Assembly (NCBI GenBank): GCA_021157625.1
Contig: JAGGWD010000015.1
Span: forward strand, 13,800-77,799
Origin: a bacterium
GTDB taxonomy: Bacteria > Patescibacteriota > Minisyncoccia > Minisyncoccales > JAGGXC01
Reading direction: 5' to 3'
Length of the DNA stretch: 64,000 nucleotides
Below the pieces are notes generated by a model. The model was not told the origin of the DNA and ran no database searches. It saw only the letters and a program-made list of their open reading frames with translations. The translations under genes and the position numbers were made by a program. This document shows, piece by piece, positions 17,509 through 25,575 of this stretch. Each line of letters opens with the position of its first letter. Within the stretch, counting starts at the first letter, position 1.

Positions 17509-19927
17509 AAAATTTCTAAGCAGAGAAAAGATAATGACGATGAAGAAGGACATCGAGATGGCTAAATTGGGCAAATTTCCTGAAAGAGAGAAAGAGAAAT
17601 TGGTAGCCCAAAAGAAAAAGGAAGAAGAACAAAGAAAGATAGAAGAAGAAAGAAAAAGGATGGAAGAGATAAGAAAAAGGAAGGAAGAGCAAAGAAGAAA
17701 AATGGAGGAAGAGCAAAGAAGAAAAATGGAGGAAGAGCAAAGAAGAAAAATGGAGGAGGAATGGATAAGAAAAGAAATGGAAAGAAAGAAAAGAGAAGAA
17801 GAAGAAAGAAAAAGAAGAGAAGAAGAGAGAAAAAAGAGAATTGAGGAAGAAATGAGAAGAATAGAAGAAGAAAGGAAGAAGAGAGAAGAAGAAAGAAGAA
17901 AAAGAGAAGAAGAACGAAAGAAAGAAGAGATGGAAAGAATGAAAGCCTTAGCCCAAAAACCTTTGAAAGAAAGAATAAAAGAAGAAAAGGAAGAGATAGA
18001 GAAAGAGTTATCTCTCATTCAGGCTAAAAAACAACCTCTCCAAGAAAAGAAAAGGGAAATTTTAGAGCGAAAGAATAAAGTAAAAGAGGATCTCAACATT
18101 GCTTTAGAAAACGAGAAAAGGATTGAAGAAGAAGTCTTCAGGCTCCAAAAATTGGAGGAATCCGCTTCCTTTGACGAAAAAGAAAAGATAGAGGCTCAAA
18201 GATGGGAAATGGAAAGAAAAAGAAGAGAAGCAGAAGAAAAAAGATGGGCCATAGAGGATATACTTTATCAAATAGCAGAAGAAGAAGAGAAAATAGAAGA
18301 AGAATGGCAAGAAATTTCTAGTCAGGAAGAAAGATTGAATAAAAAACTAGAACAAATCTCAGCTCAGGAAGAATTGATAAAACTCCAAGAAAAGAAAAAG
18401 AAATTAGAAAATCGCCTTAGAGAACTTTTAGAACAAAGAGAGCCATTAGAGAACAAATTATCTAAAATCTCTGAGAGAAAATCCGAAACAGAAAAGCTTC
18501 TTAATGAAATTCTTGTTAGAGAAAATGAAATAGAGAAAGCAATAGCAGCGCTTGAAGAAAAAGAAAAGAGTACCCCTCTTTCTCCAGAAAAAAGAAGAAT
18601 AGAACAAAAAAGATGGGAAACTGAAAAAGAAAGAGAAAGAATAGAACAAAAAAGATGGCAAATAAATAATGAAATAAAAGCAATAGAAAAGGAAGAGAAA
18701 GAACTAAAGACAAGTTATGAAGACCTCTCAAGAAAGATTGAGATTGTGAAAAAGAGAATTGAAGAGATAGATCTTCTCATAGAAGAAAAGAGAAAGATTA
18801 TTACATCTACAGAAGAATTTGTATCACCAGCCCAAAAGAAAAAGGAAGAAGAACAAAGAAAGATAGAAGAAGAAAGAAAAAGGATGGAAGAGATAAGAAA
18901 AAGGGAGGAAGAGCAAAGAAGAAAAATGGAGGAGGAATGGATAAGAAAAGAAATGGAAAGAAAGAAAAGAGAAGAAGAAGAAAGAAAAAGAAGAGAAGAA
19001 GAGAGAAAAAAGAGAATTGAAGAAGAACTTAGACTTCTAAGAGAGAGAGCTCAAAAAGAAAGAGAAAGGATTATTGTCGAAGAAATCAGAAGAAAAGCAA
19101 AGGAAAGAGCAGAGAAAGAAAAAATGGAAGAGGAAAGGATTCTTAAACCAGAGCAACTACCCCAAAAAAGAGAACTTCCCAAGAAACCTTCCTTGCTCCA
19201 GAAAATAATCATAAGAATATTTGTTCTCCTTTTAATTCTTATTATTGCAGCAACAGCCTTATTCTTCTGGTGGTATTTTAGAGAAAAAGCAAAACCTCCT
19301 CTTCCTCCTCAACAACCGACTCAACCACAAGAAACCATACCCCTCCCTCCTTCTCCTCCTCTCTTTGTAATCACCCAAGCCAGTACAACTATAGAAGCCT
19401 CGAGCTCTCAGGAAATTCCTTCTGCATTAGAAGACTTTCTGAGAAAGCAAGAAATTAAAGAAGGGGATTTCCTTCAATTGCAGGTAAAGAATCTGGAAGC
19501 CAACAAAGAGATTAAGCTTGACGAATTTCTGACAGCTCTTGAAATGAACTCTCTCAAGGATCTTTCTTTATGCTTTGAAGAAAAATTTTCCCTTTTTGTC
19601 TATTCTCAGCCAACAGGAAAAAGATTAGGCTTTGCTATTACTCTCAAAAACAAAGAAGAAATAGAAGAATTAATGAAATCTTGGGAAGACAATGCCCAGC
19701 AAGACTTTCAGAAATTCTTTCTCTTAATGGAACATAAAGGTTCAGCCATGAATCCTGTGTTTAGAGATGCTGTTTACAAAACAAAACATTTTCGTTATCT
19801 TACATATTCAAGAAAAGATTTAGGAATCTGTTATCTGATATCAGAAGATTTCCTCATCTTTACCAGTTCTTATGAAAGCATGAAGAAAATAATTGAATAT
19901 TTAAATGAACAACAAATAAATGAATAA
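17480..19927 (+). CDS. ER/K-rich coiled-coil / single-alpha-helix-like bitopic membrane protein (815 aa)
   Basis: ~530 aa of E/R/K repeats (EEERKRREEERKK...), one TM helix (IIIRIFVLLLILIIAATALFFWWYF), a Pro-rich linker, and a ~190-aa C-terminal globular domain. The start overlaps the pnp 3' end (alternative Met at 17534). Confidence 0.6.
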   Translation: MAQKEDKGDRKFLSREKIMTMKKDIEMAKLGKFPEREKEKLVAQKKKEEEQRKIEEERKRMEEIRKRKEEQRRKMEEEQRRKMEEEQRRKMEEEWIRKEMERKKREEEERKRREEERKKRIEEEMRRIEEERKKREEERRKREEERKKEEMERMKALAQKPLKERIKEEKEEIEKELSLIQAKKQPLQEKKREILERKNKVKEDLNIALENEKRIEEEVFRLQKLEESASFDEKEKIEAQRWEMERKRREAEEKRWAIEDILYQIAEEEEKIEEEWQEISSQEERLNKKLEQISAQEELIKLQEKKKKLENRLRELLEQREPLENKLSKISERKSETEKLLNEILVRENEIEKAIAALEEKEKSTPLSPEKRRIEQKRWETEKERERIEQKRWQINNEIKAIEKEEKELKTSYEDLSRKIEIVKKRIEEIDLLIEEKRKIITSTEEFVSPAQKKKEEEQRKIEEERKRMEEIRKREEEQRRKMEEEWIRKEMERKKREEEERKRREEERKKRIEEELRLLRERAQKERERIIVEEIRRKAKERAEKEKMEEERILKPEQLPQKRELPKKPSLLQKIIIRIFVLLLILIIAATALFFWWYFREKAKPPLPPQQPTQPQETIPLPPSPPLFVITQASTTIEASSSQEIPSALEDFLRKQEIKEGDFLQLQVKNLEANKEIKLDEFLTALEMNSLKDLSLCFEEKFSLFVYSQPTGKRLGFAITLKNKEEIEELMKSWEDNAQQDFQKFFLLMEHKGSAMNPVFRDAVYKTKHFRYLTYSRKDLGICYLISEDFLIFTSSYESMKKIIEYLNEQQINE
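17606..17860. repeat. Intragenic direct repeat copy 1 (~200 bp shared with copy 2; includes a 24-bp x3 tandem at 17684-17755)
   Basis: gcccaaaagaaaaaggaagaagaacaaagaaagatagaag... is nearly nucleotide-identical to 18830-19030. Copy 1 carries two extra 24-bp units (gaagagcaaagaagaaaaatggag), giving EEQRRKME x3. Confidence 0.8.
18830..19030. repeat. Intragenic direct repeat copy 2
   Basis: Near-identical to 17606-17860 minus the two extra 24-bp units. Confidence 0.8.
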
Positions 19928-20285
19928 AAAAATTCTTAAACAATTAGAAAAACAATTAAAAGAAGAAAAAGAAGCTATAGAAGCTGAACTCAAGAAGTTT
20001 GCCAAGAAAGATAAAAAATTAGAAGGAGATTGGGATACACGTTTTCCTCACTTTGATGGAGAAACAGGTGGAGCTATTCTTGAAAAAGCTGCTGATGAAG
20101 TAGAGGAATACGAAGCTCTTTTGCCTGTTGAATTTAGCCTAGAGAAAAAGCTCCAAGATATTAATTTAGCTCTTGAGAAAATAAAAAAAGGGAAATACGG
20201 AATATGCGAGAAATGCAAAAAACCTATTTCTCTGGAGCGTCTGAAAGCGTTCCCTGCAGCAAGAACTTGTAAGAAATGTAAATAA
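19920..20285 (+). CDS. DksA/TraR-family C4-type zinc-finger protein
   Basis: 121 aa with an N-terminal coiled coil and C-terminal CEKCKKPI...ARTCKKCK (CxxC-x17-CxxC). Confidence 0.6.
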   Translation: MNKKILKQLEKQLKEEKEAIEAELKKFAKKDKKLEGDWDTRFPHFDGETGGAILEKAADEVEEYEALLPVEFSLEKKLQDINLALEKIKKGKYGICEKCKKPISLERLKAFPAARTCKKCK

Positions 20286-20334
20286 TTTTATTTTGAAATA
20301 AAAAAGAGGCCGCGGACAAAGAGCCGGGCCATAT

Positions 20335-21261
20335 TCATTTTAAGAGAGTAGGTAGTCTTATTCTGGGAATCTTGGCAGGTCTCCAGTCAATATTGATCCA
20401 TGGGTATTCTGTATTACCGTGCTCTACAGTTCCCCAAATTATCTTAACTATATGAGGCACTCCCCAGTAATTTCCTCTCCATTGCGCTCTCAAGCAATTA
20501 TGAAAAGTTGCTGATTTTACCCCTAATCCTAGAAATCCAAGAAGAACATCTGGCTCAAGAAAATTATTGTTTACTATCTGGCAGTAACTCTCTGTAGGAT
20601 AATCGAAGTTAATCGAAATTCCTGTCTGGTATCCGGCAAATGTATTACCGGATATCTCAAGACTGAACGCTCTCGAAGTATAAATACATTCTCTATCTCC
20701 CCAGAAATCGTTATTCTCTACAGTATTAAAAGAGTTATATATCTGAACACCCACAGTGTTTAATCCGATAGAGTTACTAGAAATTACATTTCCAGAACCC
20801 CAGATAACAATTCCTGCGTAACTGTTCAGTATTGTGTTTTCTTTTATGATGTTGTTGCTGCCTTTGACATAAATTGCTGTCCGTGCTTTATCTCCCATAA
20901 CTTTGAATCCTTGAACAACACAAGAATCAGCGGAGATCGAAATAATAGGACTACTCGCACCAGTGGAGCCTATTACTGGAATAGCCGGACCATTAGGATC
21001 CTTCTCTCCCTTGAGGATAATAGATGATTTATAGATATTAATACTTTCGTAGTAGACTCCTCCTCTTACTATAATTGTATCTCCGGATTTCGCAGCTACT
21101 ATTCCTTGCCGAATCTTAGTGTAATCACCGTCTCCGTCATCATCAACTATAATTGTCTTGCTAGTATCCTGCGCCAGAGCATTTCCTAAATTCGTACCAG
21201 CTAAACCACACACAGAGAGAATCGCTAGCGCCAAAAATATCCTCCTCAAAACTTTTTCCAT
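20335..21261 (-). CDS. Secreted right-handed parallel beta-helix repeat protein (pectin-lyase/NosD-like fold)
   Basis: Signal peptide, then repeated G-rich/N-rich beta-helix coil motifs (GIVIWGSGN, NSIGLNTVGVQIYNS, NNDFWGD). Confidence 0.5.
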   Translation of the reverse strand: MEKVLRRIFLALAILSVCGLAGTNLGNALAQDTSKTIIVDDDGDGDYTKIRQGIVAAKSGDTIIVRGGVYYESINIYKSSIILKGEKDPNGPAIPVIGSTGASSPIISISADSCVVQGFKVMGDKARTAIYVKGSNNIIKENTILNSYAGIVIWGSGNVISSNSIGLNTVGVQIYNSFNTVENNDFWGDRECIYTSRAFSLEISGNTFAGYQTGISINFDYPTESYCQIVNNNFLEPDVLLGFLGLGVKSATFHNCLRAQWRGNYWGVPHIVKIIWGTVEHGNTEYPWINIDWRPAKIPRIRLPTLLK

Positions 21262-21450
21262 TCATCTCACCTCCATATTCATTTTTCAAACTTCCAAGAT
21301 TACTTGGAAGGCAAGAGAAACAATTTCTGTTTCTCTTGCGCTTATATTATACCATATTTTTGGAATACTTGTCAAGTATGCTTGGATATCATTCCGAAAT
21401 ATGGTAATTTAAAAAAGTACTGAAACCCATTTTTTTGTTGATTTTCGAAT

Positions 21451-22890
21451 ATGCAAAAACAAAGCATTTTTTATAGATATCCCCTACTTTATCAACAAAG
21501 CTTAAAGTTAATTCATAGAAAGAATCTAAAGAAAAGATATCAATTGATTGCCTCTTTTATAAAGGAAGGAGAGAAAGTCCTCGAACCTGGCTGTGGAACA
21601 GGATTTTTGAAAAATTTTTTACCTTCAGGGTCTTTTTATTTTGGATTTGATCTTAACAAAAATTTCATTAACTGGGCTCAGAAAAAATATAAAGATTCGG
21701 TTTTTTACCTGGGAGATGTGCTTGATTCCAAAAGCTATTTCTCTGTAGATGTGGTTGTTATATGTGATGTCTTACATCATATAGAGACTTCAAAACAGAA
21801 AATGTTCTTGAGCAACTGCTGGAGATCAGCCAAAAAGAAATTAATTCTCTGTGAACCGAAAGGGAAAAATACTCTTTTATTAGGAAAGAAATTCTTTAGA
21901 TATTTCGAGCAAGACGGAATCAACCAACCAGATGCAGAAACTCTCTGGACAGAACAAGAGTTAAAAAAAATGATAAAAGAAGGATTTGGAGTTATTCCAT
22001 CAGAAATCCCGCGCCATATAGAAGAGATTGGGAAAGATATTCTCTGTGTTTTCTACAAAGAAAAAAAGTCTCTTGAAAAAAACACAAAGAAAGTATCAGC
22101 GGTTATTCCTGTGTTTAATGAAGAAAAAACAGTTGGGAAAATAGTGGAAACTTTTCTGAAGTCAGATTTAATAGATGAAGTAATCTGTGTAAATGATGGC
22201 TCCACTGACAGAAGTTTAGAAATTCTCGAAAGTTTTGGAGATAAAATAAAACTCATTAATCTCAAAGAAAACAAAGGTAAAGGATATGCTCTTGCAAAAG
22301 GCACAGAAATAGCAAAAGGAGAAATCATTGTCTTCTGGGACGCGGATTTTCCAAACCTTTCTCTCGAGCATATAGAAATTTTGGTTAAACCTGCCCTAAA
22401 AAGAAACTTTAAGGCAATTCTAGGAGTCCCAGTAAAAAACAGGTTTCAGTTCTCTCTTCCTACCCGTATCTATCTAACTGGCGAGAGAGTATATCCCAAA
22501 GACCTTCTACTTCCTCACCTTCAAGAAATGAAGAAGACAAGATTTGGAGTAGAGATTTTCCTAAATCGTCTGGTAGAGAAAAAACATACTCAGATTATTC
22601 CCCTAAAAGGCCTCATTTTCCCTTACAAATATGAAAAAAGATCTCTAGCCCAGGCCTCAAAAGAATATCTTTTGGAAGCAGTAGAATTAGCAAAAGAGTT
22701 TAGTAGGACCAGATCTCTCTTGCCTGAAGATCTGCGGATTATTGAGGGTTTAAAAGAAATTAATACCTTAACAGAGCTCAAAATACAGATCAAGAAAATT
22801 AAAGACGAAAAACTAAAAAAATTGTTAAAAGATTACATTTTAAAATACATAGATCGAGTAAGAAGAAATATAAAAAGGATTTCAATTTAA
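21451..22890 (+). CDS. Bifunctional class I SAM-dependent methyltransferase / family 2 glycosyltransferase fusion
   Basis: N-terminal MTase motif I (VLEPGCGTGF); C-terminal GT2 signature (VSAVIPVFNEE...NDGSTD...DAD). Confidence 0.65.
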   Translation: MQKQSIFYRYPLLYQQSLKLIHRKNLKKRYQLIASFIKEGEKVLEPGCGTGFLKNFLPSGSFYFGFDLNKNFINWAQKKYKDSVFYLGDVLDSKSYFSVDVVVICDVLHHIETSKQKMFLSNCWRSAKKKLILCEPKGKNTLLLGKKFFRYFEQDGINQPDAETLWTEQELKKMIKEGFGVIPSEIPRHIEEIGKDILCVFYKEKKSLEKNTKKVSAVIPVFNEEKTVGKIVETFLKSDLIDEVICVNDGSTDRSLEILESFGDKIKLINLKENKGKGYALAKGTEIAKGEIIVFWDADFPNLSLEHIEILVKPALKRNFKAILGVPVKNRFQFSLPTRIYLTGERVYPKDLLLPHLQEMKKTRFGVEIFLNRLVEKKHTQIIPLKGLIFPYKYEKRSLAQASKEYLLEAVELAKEFSRTRSLLPEDLRIIEGLKEINTLTELKIQIKKIKDEKLKKLLKDYILKYIDRVRRNIKRISI

Positions 22891-22894
22891 AAAT

Positions 22895-24430
22895 ATGTCT
22901 TCTAAGGTTTTCTCAGCTGCTTTAGTAGGATTAGATGCTCAGATAATTGAAGTAGAAACAGATATCTCTTATGGATTAAGACGATTGGAGATAGTAGGTC
23001 TTGGCGATAAAGCGATTCAAGAATCAAAAGAAAGGGTAAGCGCAGCTATAAAAAGTTCTTATTTAAAACCTCCCTATCATTTTCCCCAAAGAGTTCTTAT
23101 TAATCTCGCCCCTGCTGATTTGAAAAAAGAAGGAGCTTGTTATGATCTTCCTATCGCTCTTTGTTATTTGCTTGCTTCAAAACAAGTGAATTTCTCTCCT
23201 CATGGCAAGCTCATAGTTGGGGAACTAGCATTGGATGGGAAATTAAGAAAAATAAAAGGAGTGCTTGCTCTAGCACTGCTTGCCCAAAAAAAGAATTTTA
23301 AAGAAATTATCCTTCCCAAAGCAAATGCTCCTGAAGCTGCTCTCATAAAGGGATTGAGGGTAATTGGAGTAGAAACATTAAAAGAAGCTATAGAATATCT
23401 TGAAGGGAGAAAAGAAATTCTCCCTTTTTTGGTAGATATCGATTCTATTAAATCAGAGAATGAATATTCCATCGATTTAGGACTTATCAAAGGGCAAGAA
23501 TATGCAAAAAGAGGATTAGAAATTGCTGCTGCTGGAGGACATAATCTTTTAATGATAGGACCGCCAGGCACCGGCAAAACTCTTCTGGCAAAAGCTATTA
23601 CTGGCATCTTGCCTTCTCTCTCTTTTGAAGAATCGCTTGAGGTGACAAAGATCTACAGCATTGCAGGACTTCTTTCTCAAGAAAAACCTTTAATCAAAAT
23701 ACGACCATTTCGTTCACCTCATCATAGCTGCTCTGAAGTAGCACTGATCGGTGGAGGTAACCCTCCTCGACCTGGAGAGATCACCCTTGCCCACAGGGGA
23801 GTACTTTTTTTGGATGAATTTCCTGAATTTCACCGAGATGTCTTGGAATCTCTCCGCCAGCCGATGGAAAATGGCTACATTATTATTGCAAGAGCCCGGA
23901 CCAGAGTAAAATTTCCAGCAAATTTCACATTGGTAGCTGCTTCCAATCCTTGTCCTTGTGGCTACTTAAACGATCCAACAAGAGAATGCAAATGTAGTAG
24001 CGCTCAGATCCAAAAATATCAAAGAAAACTCTCCGGTCCTATTATAGATAGAATAGATGTCTTTGTAGAAGTTCCTCCTGTAAAATATGAGAGATTAACA
24101 GAAGAGTATATAAAAAATTCAAGCGAGCACATAAGAAAAAGGGTAGAAAAAGCTCGCCAGATTCAAAGAGAAAGATTTAAAAAAGAAAAATCTCTCACTC
24201 AGACCACCAATAGTGAACTTACAATTGATCAAATTAAAAAATATTGCCAACTTGATTCAAAATCTCGCGCTCTGTTAAGAAAATTTGTAAATTCAGGAAA
24301 ACTTTCTGTTCGTGGTTATCATAGAGTTCTTAAAATGGCTCGCACTATTGCTGATCTTGAAGGAAAGCTTTCTATTTCTTTTTCTCATCTAAGTGAGGCT
24401 TTAATGTATAGGATAAGAGAAGAAAAATAA
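22895..24430 (+). CDS. comM: YifB/ComM family Mg-chelatase-like AAA+ ATPase
   Basis: 511 aa with an N-terminal Lon-protease-like domain and an AAA core (GPPGTGKT, VLFLDEFPEF). Confidence 0.85.
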   Translation: MSSKVFSAALVGLDAQIIEVETDISYGLRRLEIVGLGDKAIQESKERVSAAIKSSYLKPPYHFPQRVLINLAPADLKKEGACYDLPIALCYLLASKQVNFSPHGKLIVGELALDGKLRKIKGVLALALLAQKKNFKEIILPKANAPEAALIKGLRVIGVETLKEAIEYLEGRKEILPFLVDIDSIKSENEYSIDLGLIKGQEYAKRGLEIAAAGGHNLLMIGPPGTGKTLLAKAITGILPSLSFEESLEVTKIYSIAGLLSQEKPLIKIRPFRSPHHSCSEVALIGGGNPPRPGEITLAHRGVLFLDEFPEFHRDVLESLRQPMENGYIIIARARTRVKFPANFTLVAASNPCPCGYLNDPTRECKCSSAQIQKYQRKLSGPIIDRIDVFVEVPPVKYERLTEEYIKNSSEHIRKRVEKARQIQRERFKKEKSLTQTTNSELTIDQIKKYCQLDSKSRALLRKFVNSGKLSVRGYHRVLKMARTIADLEGKLSISFSHLSEALMYRIREEK

Positions 24431-24433
24431 AAC

Positions 24434-24461
24434 AAAAAACTCTCGATTCGAGAGATTTTTG
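24434..24461. terminator. Bidirectional intrinsic terminator
   Basis: aaaaaa-ctctcg-att-cgagag-atttttg between convergent genes. Confidence 0.45.
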
Positions 24462-24476
24462 TTTCTTGCTAAATTC

Positions 24477-25556
24477 TTATCGGGCAAATGGATTTCGAGG
24501 AGGAGAACCTTGAGAACTATAAAGTCCAAAGTGAAGATGGCAACCAGCAGATCCAGCAGGAATAGTTTTTCCAGAATGTCCTATCAATCCAATAAGCTCT
24601 CCTTGCGAAACCTCCTGGCCGACTACTACCAGAATTTTTTGAAGATGTCCATAATGTGTTATCAGCCCATTTGGATGAAGGATTCTAATATAATTTCCTG
24701 CTCCACGATTATAACCATATTTTACCTTCAGCACCTTTCCTCCGGCAGCAGCAAAAACAGGTTTTCCGCAACTATTACCTACATTAGCAAAATCAACAGC
24801 ATTATACCAATGAAGACCTTGAGTAACTCGATAAGGAGAGGAAACTGGGACGATAAAATAACTCGAAGCAACTGGAATTTGACTAAAGGAATAGCTGTAA
24901 CTCCTTACTTGAACAGGCTTAACTCCGCCGGGAATAACCAGAATATCTCCTACATAAATATCTCCCTCTTCTGAAAGATCATTAAAAGCAATAATATCCT
25001 CAATTTTTGCTTTATAAGTACGAGCAATCTCGCTTAAAGTATCACCTTTCTTTACATGGTGAATTACCCCTGAGACCGGAAGGATAATTAATTTCTGACC
25101 AGGACGAATAATAGAGTTTCTTCCTAAATCATTTGCCCATAAAATGGTATTTAAAGAAATACCAAAATCAGCAGCAATAGAACCAAGAGTATCGCCCGGT
25201 TGAACCACATATTCTGTAATTTCCTTTTTCTGAATTTCCTCTCCCGACAATGCAGCTAAGGTCTTGGAAGAAAAAATCTGGAGACAGGAAACTCCAGCTA
25301 AGCTGTTATTCTGGATAAAAGTAAGTTCAGGCGATTCGATATAAGATCTATCTTGAGAATTAATAAATAACTTCTGCTGCTTGAGAGAAACTGCCTGAAT
25401 TCTTTGATCTCCAAAAGAAAAACTCAACCAAAAACCTACAGAAATAACTAAAACCCCTATTAAAAAAACTAAAAATTTGCTCCACAAAGATTTTAACATC
25501 TTGTCTTCTAAATTAGTAAATCTATTCTGAAAGTCAAGTAATTTCTCCACAGCCAT
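24477..25556 (-). CDS. LysM (x2) + M23 family metallopeptidase (cell-wall hydrolase)
   Basis: Two LysM motifs (GDTLGSIAADFGISLNTILWAN; GDTLSEIARTYKAKIEDIIAFN) and an M23 catalytic region (HxxxD...HLHF). Confidence 0.8.
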   Translation of the reverse strand: MAVEKLLDFQNRFTNLEDKMLKSLWSKFLVFLIGVLVISVGFWLSFSFGDQRIQAVSLKQQKLFINSQDRSYIESPELTFIQNNSLAGVSCLQIFSSKTLAALSGEEIQKKEITEYVVQPGDTLGSIAADFGISLNTILWANDLGRNSIIRPGQKLIILPVSGVIHHVKKGDTLSEIARTYKAKIEDIIAFNDLSEEGDIYVGDILVIPGGVKPVQVRSYSYSFSQIPVASSYFIVPVSSPYRVTQGLHWYNAVDFANVGNSCGKPVFAAAGGKVLKVKYGYNRGAGNYIRILHPNGLITHYGHLQKILVVVGQEVSQGELIGLIGHSGKTIPAGSAGCHLHFGLYSSQGSPPRNPFAR

Positions 25557-25575
25557 TTTTATTTATGGATTCAGA

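Noticed and set aside
17371-18731. Several antisense or alternate-frame ORFs (17371..18018, 17516..17740, 18104..18310, 18458..18661, 18516..18731) rich in F/S/L
   Set aside because: They lie inside the ER/K-repeat gene. Purine-rich repeats on one strand give long open frames of poly-Phe/Ser/Leu on the other, so these are low-complexity artefacts.
20300-20330. GC-rich segment gaggccgcggacaaagagccgggcc between convergent genes
   Set aside because: It does not fold into a clean stem by eye and has no flanking T-run on either strand, so it is not called as a terminator.
21372-21420. Possible sigma-70-like promoter (ttgtca ... tggtaat) upstream of the MTase-GT2 gene
   Set aside because: Spacer length and the -10 match are poor, and promoter consensus in this lineage is unknown.
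24459-24974. 171-aa plus-strand ORF
   Set aside because: It is antisense to the LysM/M23 peptidase, which has clear domain motifs.
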